A DNA stretch of 11,399 bases, from NCBI GenBank assembly GCA_046582655.1, contig JAYGDX010000049.1, forward strand, positions 1-11,399, given 5' to 3'. Source of the DNA: Candidatus Poribacteria bacterium (GTDB taxonomy: Bacteria > Poribacteria > WGA-4E > UBA9662). This document shows, in pieces, positions 1 to 6,940 of the stretch. Position 1 is the first letter of the stretch; each line of letters begins with the position of its first letter. The position numbers and the translations under genes were made by a program. A model generated the notes under the pieces. The model worked only from the letters and a program-made list of their open reading frames with translations, made no database searches and was not told the DNA's origin.

Positions 1-149
1 ACCCAGCACCATCTGTAGAGAGTTGGCAGGCAATAGCCATGCAAAGGGCTAGCGGGGAAGTTTAGCCATCAAGAGGAGCGACAGCAGAAGGGTGAGAAGC
101 TGGATGGTGCTCTGCGCAGCATGAGCAGATCTCTGGGAGAATGTGGTCG

Positions 150-730
150 TTAATTCCCCGCTTTACAGGAAAGGCCGACATGATAGTCGATAATCTTGCG
201 TGAGAAAACATCGATGAAAGCCGTCACAAAGAAGAACCTATTCTCACCATGAAGATAACCATATTTGAGATCGAATTGCCAAAGCTGATTCGGTCCAGTG
301 CGGTTCTTTTTAGGCTTCTTTTTTGGTGTGGCAAGAGCAAACCCTCTTGCTTGCATAATCTGTACGGTTTCTTGTGATTGAGATGATAGTCATAGTCTCG
401 GCGGAGGTAATGCTTAATCTTATGGTAGCCTCCCGCGTTGGAAAAATTCAGGCCTTCCCTATAATCGCGGAGTGCCTTTACAATGCTGGCATCTGTTACT
501 ATCGTCCCGTTAGGATTGACTGTGTATCCAGGAACTGGCCGTCCTCTTTTTTTGGGGACGGTAACCTGCTTCGATGCCTGGCTACCGCAGCGACGTTGCC
601 GAGCTCCTTAGCCTCTGCAATCACTTGCTTTTTCAGTTCTGGGGTGAACCTCTTCACTGTAAACACCTCCTCGATTAATATGTATTGACATTTTCGAGTA
701 AAAAGTGTCCAATCGAATTAGGGGTCTAGA
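150..730 (-). mobile_element. IS3-family insertion sequence remnant (left end, truncated OrfA, frameshifted and truncated OrfB)
   Basis: On the minus strand GGAGG (666-670) precedes GTG at 657, giving MKRFTPELKKQVIAEAKELGNVAAVARH (OrfA-type HTH). This is followed by OrfB-like PKKRGRPVPGY...GGYHKIKHYLRRDYDYHLNHKKPYRLCKQEGLLLP and, after a frameshift, the rve core start GPNQLWQFDLKY...AFIDVFSRKIIDYHVG, stopping at 150. A putative left end TAGACCCCTAATTCGATTGGACAC lies at about 705-730. Confidence 0.85.
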
Positions 731-962
731 GAGAATCAGTATTGAATGATATTCGCACTTTCCCACAAGAATGATTCAAGTTGTTGAAGTGTTAATTTTT
801 TGGGCACAGATTTATCCGTAACCATCAGGATTCAGACAAATTAGTTCTAGGTGTCGTGTAACTGGTATATCTTATCAAACTTGGAGAAGGTTGTAAATGG
901 AGAGATAACGAGACAAGAAGAGTTTGACCATCTAAATTCAAGAAATCAATAGTGCGAATAAT

Positions 963-1013
963 TCTATCAGGTAGTCCTCCTAGTATATATTATAGATAAA
1001 ACTACCTGATAGA
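963..1013. repeat. 13-bp perfect inverted repeat with 25-nt AT-rich spacer
   Basis: TCTATCAGGTAGT (963-975) and ACTACCTGATAGA (1001-1013) are exact reverse complements. Confidence 0.75.
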
Positions 1014-1030
1014 TTTTCGCTTATGGTCTT

Positions 1031-1255
1031 CTATTTTAAATGTTCAGACTTTAGGAAGTCTATTAGATTAATTTGAGCGGCTGATATAGGTTGTCCCGCC
1101 CAGGTCAATGAATCAATTCTGACAAAACGACCTTCTTCTTTATCTTCTGCTCTCAATGCCACTAAGCGATTTGTTTTGATTGCTGCCACAAATTCTTTCT
1201 GATGCCGGTTATGATATAAAATTATGTTCTCTTTGGAGGCAAACCAACTATCATA
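1031..1255 (-). pseudogene. internal fragment of a second IS701/IS4-like DDE transposase (not in ORF track)
   Basis: Manual translation from 1255 gives YDSWFASKENIILYHNRHQKEFVAAIKTNRLVALRAEDKEEGRFVRIDSLTW. This has the DSW catalytic-Asp motif and the KxNRLV motif, paralleling MDS(W)YATKD...LKENRLV of the adjacent element. There is no start codon. Confidence 0.75.
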
Positions 1256-2298
1256 CAGGACTTACGCAAGAACCATTTTAATAGAGAGAGATTTCAACTG
1301 TTGACACAAATAGTTAGATAAGAGATCATGTTTGACCTAATAAATGGTTTGCCTGGTCTGATGCGCCACTTGCTTGAGTCGAATCCAGACCAAGATAACC
1401 ACCGATGTGGTTACGAACAATGCGAGCCAATCGACATTGACAGTGTTCCAGACCGGTTAACTGCTTGCTTTCACGCTGAAACTGCTCAATCTTCCAACGC
1501 CAGTCACACGCCTGTTGTGCGGCTGAAGTCGAATTTTGAGTCTCGTCGTTAGTTACCACCCAATCCGTGCGTCTGGTAGAAGACACTATCCGGAAAAGTT
1601 TCACTCGGTGCACTTTGGAAAATTAAGTCCTTGATATGCTGGTAAGACCGGTCGTCGTTAGAATCGTCCACCAGCCGATTTTCCTTCAGTGGGCAATAGT
1701 AGCGTTTCTTCAGTTTCTCAATCTGCAACATCAGGTCTTTAGTAGCATACTAACTGTCCATCAACACCGCCTCAAAGGGCAGTCGCTTGTGATAAACTAT
1801 TAAAGATAGCATCTGCTACACGTGGTCTAACTTAGTTTGGCCATCCCCTCGGGGTGGTAAATCCGATAGTCGATAATCTAGAATTGGTCTAAAATTAGGA
1901 TTGACATAGGTACAGCTGACTACGCCGATTCCCTTCATCACTTGGTGGGCGTTTCCTCTGTATTGTCGGCGCACCAACTCAATGTTGAATGAGTATCGCT
2001 TGTCCAGCACGGTATCGTCGAAAACGATATATCCTTGCTGATTACTAATAACATGGGGCGAGACGTTTTCCCACACTAGACTAGGGGTAACACGGTCGGC
2101 CGCCAGATATCGATTGATCATATCATGGCTGAAGTGTTGACTGTGATCGGCAAAATTGGTTAAGGTATAATTAATTTGACTACTGAGAAGATACTGGCAA
2201 TAATCCAGTCGAGTGGGTGTTGCCATCGTTTTCTTCTGTCTACTGGTTATTCTATTCTTTCTTATACCATCTGATCATTTAGTTTGCGTAAGTCCTGT
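1255..2298 (-). mobile_element. IS701-family insertion sequence, full length, inactivated
   Basis: 15-bp perfect terminal inverted repeats ACAGGACTTACGCAA (1255-1269) and TTGCGTAAGTCCTGT (2284-2298) enclose transposase fragments. No target duplication is visible. Confidence 0.9.
1262..2226 (-). pseudogene. IS701-family transposase pseudogene
   Basis: ORF pieces 1816-2226 (YCQYLLSSQINYT...SHDMINRYL...VFDDTVLDK), 1549-1731 and 1326-1613 (RWKIEQFQRESKQLTGLEHCQCR). In-frame TAGs occur at 1816 and 1750, with several frameshifts. The terminal TAA (1262-1264) lies inside the inverted repeat. Confidence 0.9.
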
Positions 2299-2369
2299 TT
2301 AAGTTAACAACTTAAGTATGAGGAGTATGATTAAATAACAAGCAAAATGATTGAATATGGCGAAGTTTA

Positions 2370-2724
2370 TTGGTAGAGGTTAAAGGTTCGTACTATCGCT
2401 AGTGGGTTTTTGATTGTTGGTGTGTTGATACATATGGAACAGTATCCTCACTATATGGACTATTTTCACTACTCTTGTTTTTCCTCTTGGGAATGATGTT
2501 TTACTTACTCTGGTTCCTAATGCCTTACCTCCTCCTGAACTTAGCTGCATCCAATTTTTATTAAGAACCGACTAGCACTTATTACAGCAAGTTTTCCAAT
2601 CTTAGTTCTAGATTCTTGGGCTAATATGCAGGTTCTTTTTTTCTCTGAGAGCTCTACTGCACTTGAAATTGAAGCAACGTATGGTATGGCTTTGATGTAC
2701 GCTCCGTTGTGGTCCTCAATTTAG
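2370..2724 (+). pseudogene. possible degraded small membrane-protein gene
   Basis: Hydrophobic stretches in different frames (KVRTIASGFLIVGVLIH; LALITASFPILVLDSWANMQVLFFSESSTA...MALMYAPLWSSI*) broken by stops and frameshifts. No family recognised. Confidence 0.3.
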
Positions 2725-2823
2725 TTTAATACCAAGCGGCGTATTTGGATATGCAGTGAGTTTTATTTGGCAGAAAATAGGTCGTGAAAGGCAAAGTTGA
2801 CGGAATTAATTAGAGATATAAAT

Positions 2824-2840
2824 TGTATTTAAGTTAAAAT
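2824..2840 (+). repeat. 17-bp motif TGTATTTAAGTTAAAAT, inverted partner at 5793-5809
   Basis: Exact reverse complement of ATTTTAACTTAAATACA at 5793-5809; related copies at 2294-2323 and 4859-4889. Confidence 0.75.
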
Positions 2841-2919
2841 CCTGAGTACAACAGGGAGATGACCAGGCTTCCATCATCTCCCTAGGGATTTTGCATAACC
2901 CAAGGTTGGTGGAAGCTGG
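2836..2919 (+). other. putative structured RNA leader (hairpin with loop complementary to downstream sequence)
   Basis: Stem AGGGAGATGA (2853-2862) / TCATCTCCCT (2874-2883); basal stem AAAATCCT (2836-2843) / GGGATTTT (2885-2892). The loop CCAGGCTTCCA can pair with TGGAAGCTGG (2910-2919) with one bulge. Confidence 0.45.
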
Positions 2920-2966
2920 AATTGATACATTTTGCTATGTCTAATATGACGGGATTTGAGGGAAAC

Positions 2967-4184
2967 ATGAAAAAGATTGATCTTCAACAAGCGATCTCTA
3001 TTGCGCATAAGTATTATCAGTCAAAACAATACAGCCAAGTTAAACACATTCTACAGCCGCTTATACAACATGGTGTTCAAGGTATTGATATTTATTATTT
3101 CATGGCTGCCGCTCATTATTGCTTAGATGAATATGAGCAGGCAGTTGAAGCATACCATCGCGGAATACAAATGAACCCGGATTTTGCTATTTTACATGCT
3201 GGTTTGGGGAATGCATATGTTCAATTGAAGTTTTATGATGCTGCGATTAATTCATATAATCAGGCTTTAACAATTAACCCTGATTATCTAGACATTTATT
3301 ATAATCAGGTTTATGTTTATTCTATAACCGGACAAGCTGATAATGCTATTACAGTGTGTGGGCGGGTTTTAGATAAGGAATGCAACTCTGATAGCTTAGA
3401 AATCGCTTTGGAAAGTAAATACGATAGATCTAATCCTAGTCCTGCTTATTTGTCATACATTGATATGTATAGCAAATTACATATTGATGGGGATTTGGAA
3501 AATAAAGTACACGCTAAGATGGTATATGCAGGGAAGAGTATGGTGCCTTGGATTACTGCTATCAAAGACTTGATTGCTTTAACAAATTCGAAAACCTTAT
3601 TAGATTATGGAAGTGGCAAAGGTTTTCAGTATGAGAGCATGTTGTTAGAAGACAAAGATCAAATGAAATATCAGAGTCTTCAAAAATATTGGAATGTAAG
3701 TGAGATTTATTGTTATGATCCTGGGTATCCTTCATATCAAAAACTCCCACGAAAACAATATGACGCTGTTGTATTAACTGATGTTTTAGAACATTGCCGT
3801 CAAGAAGATATAAAATGGATTCTTGCAGAAATTTTTAGTCTAGCAAGAAAGTTTGTTTTTGCAAACATTGCATGTTATAAGGCTCGCCAGATCTTACCAA
3901 ATGGCGATAATGCACACTGCACTATTCGTCCCACTGCATGGTGGAACAGTGTATTGCATCTGGTTGTTTCAAGTTACCCCGAAGTTAAATACTGCGTTTT
4001 GGTAGAATTCATCTGGACTGACATTAATGGAGAGGGGAGTGTATTTCAAATGCTTAGCAACTGTGGTTCCTTTGACAAAGTGTTGGATTTTTCTTCAGTA
4101 ACAATAGTTGAAGCGGATGAAAATTTGGTGCCGTATGTTCCATATAGTGTTCGTGTTGATTCTAAGGGGATATTATATAGATAA
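2967..4184 (+). CDS. tetratricopeptide-repeat protein with C-terminal class I SAM-dependent methyltransferase domain (405 aa)
   Basis: TPR helices (YEQAVEAYHRGIQMNPDFAILHAGLGNAY; YDAAINSYNQALTINPDYLDIYYN), SAM motif I LLDYGSGKG, CYDPG and YDAVVLTDVLEH. I chose ATG 2967 over TTG 2922 because GAGGGA lies just upstream. Confidence 0.88.
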   Translation: MKKIDLQQAISIAHKYYQSKQYSQVKHILQPLIQHGVQGIDIYYFMAAAHYCLDEYEQAVEAYHRGIQMNPDFAILHAGLGNAYVQLKFYDAAINSYNQALTINPDYLDIYYNQVYVYSITGQADNAITVCGRVLDKECNSDSLEIALESKYDRSNPSPAYLSYIDMYSKLHIDGDLENKVHAKMVYAGKSMVPWITAIKDLIALTNSKTLLDYGSGKGFQYESMLLEDKDQMKYQSLQKYWNVSEIYCYDPGYPSYQKLPRKQYDAVVLTDVLEHCRQEDIKWILAEIFSLARKFVFANIACYKARQILPNGDNAHCTIRPTAWWNSVLHLVVSSYPEVKYCVLVEFIWTDINGEGSVFQMLSNCGSFDKVLDFSSVTIVEADENLVPYVPYSVRVDSKGILYR

Positions 4185-4198
4185 AGTTGATACTGGGG

Positions 4199-4240
4199 AT
4201 TCCCTCAGTTCTAAATTTGAATTTTAGAATCTGAGGGAAT
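4199..4240 (+). terminator. stem-loop downstream of TPR-methyltransferase, probable terminator
   Basis: ATTCCCTCAG-TTCTAAA pairs with TTTAGAA-T-CTGAGGGAAT (17 bp, one bulge), 14 nt after the stop. There is no clear poly-U tail. Confidence 0.55.
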
Positions 4241-4345
4241 AGGGGTGTTTGACATCCTTCCTACTACCATCAGAAGACCTAAGCTGGTTCAGTGTTTCTT
4301 AATTAGTTTACTACTAAGTGGCATGTTTGGATATATAGGGACAAG

Positions 4346-4673
4346 GTGCCGGTAGGCAATGCATAGCACTACATCACCGGGACATATAATGGCAAAGAAA
4401 TGATTGCCTATGGCGATGGTGCCGTTTGGAGAAAGGAAGGCAACATTTAGGCTACAGTGTACAGCGGAAGTACCACTTGTTGGTGGTGGAGGCGTCGAGA
4501 GACCTCAATATGTGTTCGAAGGTGCTCTTGATGAAGTGGCTGCCTGTAATCGTGCCTTAAGTCAAGTGGAAGTTAAGGAGGTTATGGAGGGCATAGGTCA
4601 GATACTTGCTGCTGTAGCAATCGAGGATAAGCTATCTATAACTGGGGGTAAGATAAATGATTTTAAATGCTAA
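4346..4673 (+). pseudogene. C-terminal remnant of a LamG-like jellyroll domain protein
   Basis: The frame from 4346 reads VPVGNA*HYITGTYNGKEMIAYGDG, the LamG WHHxxxTYDG...YxDG motif with W replaced by TAG at 4364. It frameshifts into FEGALDEVAACNRALSQVEVKEVMEG...AAVAIEDKLSITGGKI, resembling the Poribacteria-type AVEP..KL..TWG.IK tail. Confidence 0.8.
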
Positions 4674-4704
4674 AAAAACCAAAAATAATACATCAGACTT
4701 AAAG

Positions 4705-4747
4705 ATATAAAGAAGCAGAAGTATTTAATACTTCTGCTTCTTTATAT
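4705..4747. terminator. 21-bp perfect inverted repeat, probable bidirectional terminator
   Basis: ATATAAAGAAGCAGAAGTATT-T-AATACTTCTGCTTCTTTATAT, 31 nt after the LamG remnant stop. Confidence 0.65.
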
Positions 4748-4858
4748 GCCTTGAGTGATATTAATATGATGTAGTGAATTCTATTAAAAAATATGCATGT
4801 GATCGTTGTTTCAGACTGAATTGTGACTCTTTTATCTGATATGTAATGTTTGTTTGGC

Positions 4859-4889
4859 CCTAGTATTTAAGTCTTAACTTAAATACAGG
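4859..4889. repeat. palindromic pair of the GTATTTAAGT motif
   Basis: CCTAGTATTTAAGT-CTTA-ACTTAAATACAGG (13 bp, one bulge); overlaps a second palindrome ACAGGTC-A-GACCTGT (4885-4899). Confidence 0.7.
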
Positions 4890-4917
4890 TCAGACCTGTT
4901 ACTTCGTGTGAAGATAA

Positions 4918-5025
4918 ACAGTTAAAAGGTGGGTAGATGATAGTGCGGTGGCTGAGAAGGTTGGTGTGGCCAGAAGCACTGCCAACAAATGGAAAAAATG
5001 GAGCTGGAGGTCAGATTTAAACTGA
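4918..5025 (+). pseudogene. helix-turn-helix protein remnant
   Basis: Manual translation VDDSAVAEKVGVARSTANKWKK...SDLN* fits an HTH pattern (VAxxVGVxRxTxxxW). There is no start codon at the beginning of the frame. Confidence 0.45.
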
Positions 5026-5196
5026 CGACCCATGATGGTTCCCGGCTTCTTGCTTACATCTGGCCAGAATGACCAAACTTTAGCTTGGTTACGGTTATGA
5101 ACCCACATCATCTAGCAGCACTAAATAAGAGGCTCATTCATATCGTGCTACCATCACCCCCAATCGGAAGTTCCCTAACCAAGCAGTGAATAACTT

Positions 5197-5616
5197 CTAA
5201 ACATCTTGAGGAGTAGAAGACTCTTCCTGCTTATTTTCCAAATAATCTGCTATTGGATCTGCAAGACTAAAACCTATGATCAATCCATAAAGCGGAGATG
5301 CTAGTGCAACAGCAATCATGGGACCAAGTGTTAATGGATCATCAGAAGTATGAGGAGCTGAACGTAGGGCCATGAAGGTTGCCACAAATCCGAAGGCAAT
5401 GGCATGTTTTTTTCATGGCTCTCCAAAATCTAACACTTTTGACATTCCTAAACCCTAATTCTGCCAATAAAGCCCCAAAATCGTGGGAACTACCGCAACA
5501 GCTGATCATAGATCGAAAAACATCTCAACCATCCAAACTTGCCCACCACTTGCCAAAATCATTAGCAGCGCAATGGCCGCAAAAATTATAACTATCCCGC
5601 CAATTAACCTACCCAT
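5197..5616 (-). pseudogene. MotA/TolQ/ExbB proton-channel family pseudogene (short form)
   Basis: ATG at 5616 after AGGA. Pieces in shifting frames read MGRLIGGIVIIF / MILASGGQVWMVEMFFDL*SAVAVV / VRFWRAMKK / AIAFGFVATFMAL...DPLTLGPMIAVALASPLYGLIIGFSLADPIADYLENK, matching MotA-like transmembrane motifs. Confidence 0.65.
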
Positions 5617-5636
5617 AATTTTTATCCTATGATATT

Positions 5637-5753
5637 TATTGACCAACCGTACATAAACAAAGCAGTTGAGTCAAACTGTTAGATAGATAATATATGACAA
5701 CACTGGTAGTCAAATCCAACAGAGAATTATGTGGGAACTAAATGGAAAGACTG
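5637..5753 (+). pseudogene. highly collapsed relic of a C-terminal sorting (FlgD-Ig/T9SS-CTD-like) domain
   Basis: Five colinear nucleotide blocks match the reverse complement of 10152-10487, including exact TATTGACCAAC (5637-5647 vs 10433-10443) and CAGAGAATTATGT (5720-5732 vs 10282-10294). Confidence 0.55.
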
Positions 5754-5792
5754 TATCCCGGATGAATAAGAAGCAAGTTCAGTTGTACAAAA

Positions 5793-5809
5793 ATTTTAAC
5801 TTAAATACA
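5793..5809 (-). repeat. inverted copy of the 17-bp motif at 2824-2840
   Basis: ATTTTAACTTAAATACA, 17/17 reverse complement of 2824-2840. Confidence 0.75.
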
Positions 5810-5917
5810 GAGTAACCAACCAGTGGTAAATCAGTATGGAAGGCGAACTTGGAGCCATTTTGCCGATAGAACTGAGAGGCAAGATAACGACCCTCTGGGC
5901 TAAAATCAAAAGGTATA

Positions 5918-6928
5918 GAACTAGTTGAAACTTTTCACGCTAGTAAATAACGTAGATTAATCATTGTAAAAGCAATACAATGAAGGCCAAGAAAGTAGAC
6001 TTTGCCACGCTCAAAGTGAATCAGCAGTCGCTTTGAACTTATCGATCCAAGCAAAGGTTCGCTCAGCCATGAAGTGCTGGGCCTAAATAGCCGCCTCAAA
6101 TAAACGGGGGCGACCCCGTTTATGCCCTTTCCGATGCCGCTTATTCTCGGAAATATTTGGAATCAGATGACGGTTAAAGCAAATCCGACGGCAAGCCAGT
6201 GTGTCAAAGGCGCTGTCAAGCGTTAAAATAGGCCCAATAATTGGTAATCCTAGTTGCTTGATAGAGGAAAATATCTGATCTAGATTGTCTGCTAGTTCAA
6301 AAGCATCATTGTGGTTGCCGGCAATGACTTCCGTCGAGGCGATGACGTCTCCATGGGCATCGGTGAGGGAAAAAATATTGCTGATTTCAGCCTTTTTTCG
6401 GCCCTGATAAGCAACCGCTTCTCTCCCTTTCTTAGCTAGGCTATGCGTCCCATCCAGATTCAACTGGGATAAGTCGAGCAGCTGACGACCACAATTCACC
6501 CCTTGTCGTGATTGATAAGAACCGGTTTCATGATATCTTTTTATCCAGGCACAGCACAGACTGTTTGATAGTAAATTCTATACTTGCGGCCAATTTCTGT
6601 TTTCTTCAGCCGACCTTGTTTGTAAGTCTCAATCACTCTATTACGTAAATCTAAGCTATATGCTTTCATCTCGAAAATTAAATCTTTATTTTGAGTATTA
6701 TGCTAATAACTTGGGTGGAATAGCTATATAGTGGAATCCGGCTGACCAGTCTGCGCTTGGCCTTGGAAAGATAGGGCCAGATATAATGTTGAAACTGTTC
6801 TGGGCTGACTTGAGCCGGTATTTGACTCATGCTTGATCTCTCCTCCGTTAATAATGCTAACAGTTTGACTGTCAATCATGAGTCAAGGTTGTGTGGCTTT
6901 TGCACTTGTTAAAAGTTTCATTCACTTC
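5918..6928 (-). mobile_element. IS5-family insertion sequence, inactivated, carrying an IS630 fragment
   Basis: Imperfect terminal IRs GAACTAGTTGAAACTTTT (5918-5935) and AAAAGTTTCATTCACTTC (6911-6928) match 14/18, flanked by TATA on both sides (5914-5917, 6929-6932). The transposase starts at ATG 6830 (GGAGG upstream) MSQIPAQVSPEQF...IPLY, continues LNLDGTHSLAKKG...LTLDSAFD, has an in-frame TAG at 6083, then ERTFAWIDKFK...INLRYLLA* ending at 5935. Confidence 0.85.
6487..6728 (-). mobile_element. IS630-family left end and N-terminal transposase HTH fragment (not in ORF track)
   Basis: ATG 6669 gives MKAYSLDLRNRVIETYKQGRLKKTEIGRKYRIYYQTVCA, then WIKRYHETGSYQ after a 5-bp tandem duplication GCACA-GCACA (6549-6558). 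The fragment begins at a TA (TATAGCTATTCC) inside the IS5 gene. Boundaries are approximate. Confidence 0.8.
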
Positions 6929-6934
6929 TATAAT
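6906..6934 (+). promoter_or_regulatory. putative hybrid sigma70 promoter for the PhyH gene
   Basis: TTGTTA (6906-6911, inside IS5), 17-bp spacer, TATAAT (6929-6934), then 6 nt to ATG 6941. Confidence 0.55.
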
Positions 6935-6940
6935 AAAAAC

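Noticed and set aside
1..150. Plus-strand peptide FSHQEERQQKGEKLDGALRSM, vaguely like a DinB C-terminal tail
   Set aside because: Too short, cut by the window edge and no diagnostic motif.
374..688. 104-aa plus-strand ORF
   Set aside because: Antisense shadow of the IS3 OrfA/OrfB remnant; no recognisable motifs.
750..960. 10-bp inverted repeat TATTCGCACT/AGTGCGAATA as possible MITE ends
   Set aside because: Matches of this length are expected by chance in 11 kb; no target duplication or second copy.
1328..1552. 74-aa plus-strand ORF
   Set aside because: Antisense to the IS701 transposase.
4899..5591. ORFs 4899-5111 (-) and 5379-5591 (+)
   Set aside because: Antisense to the HTH and MotA-like remnants; no family features.
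1750..6085. Several in-frame TAG codons (1750, 1816, 4364, 6083) suggesting stop-codon reassignment
   Set aside because: They appear to replace different residues, occur in genes that also have frameshifts, and the intact PhyH gene ends in TAG. Ordinary decay explains them.
6878..6940. N-terminal extension of PhyH in the ORF track
   Set aside because: Mostly encoded by the IS5 end and its inverted repeat.
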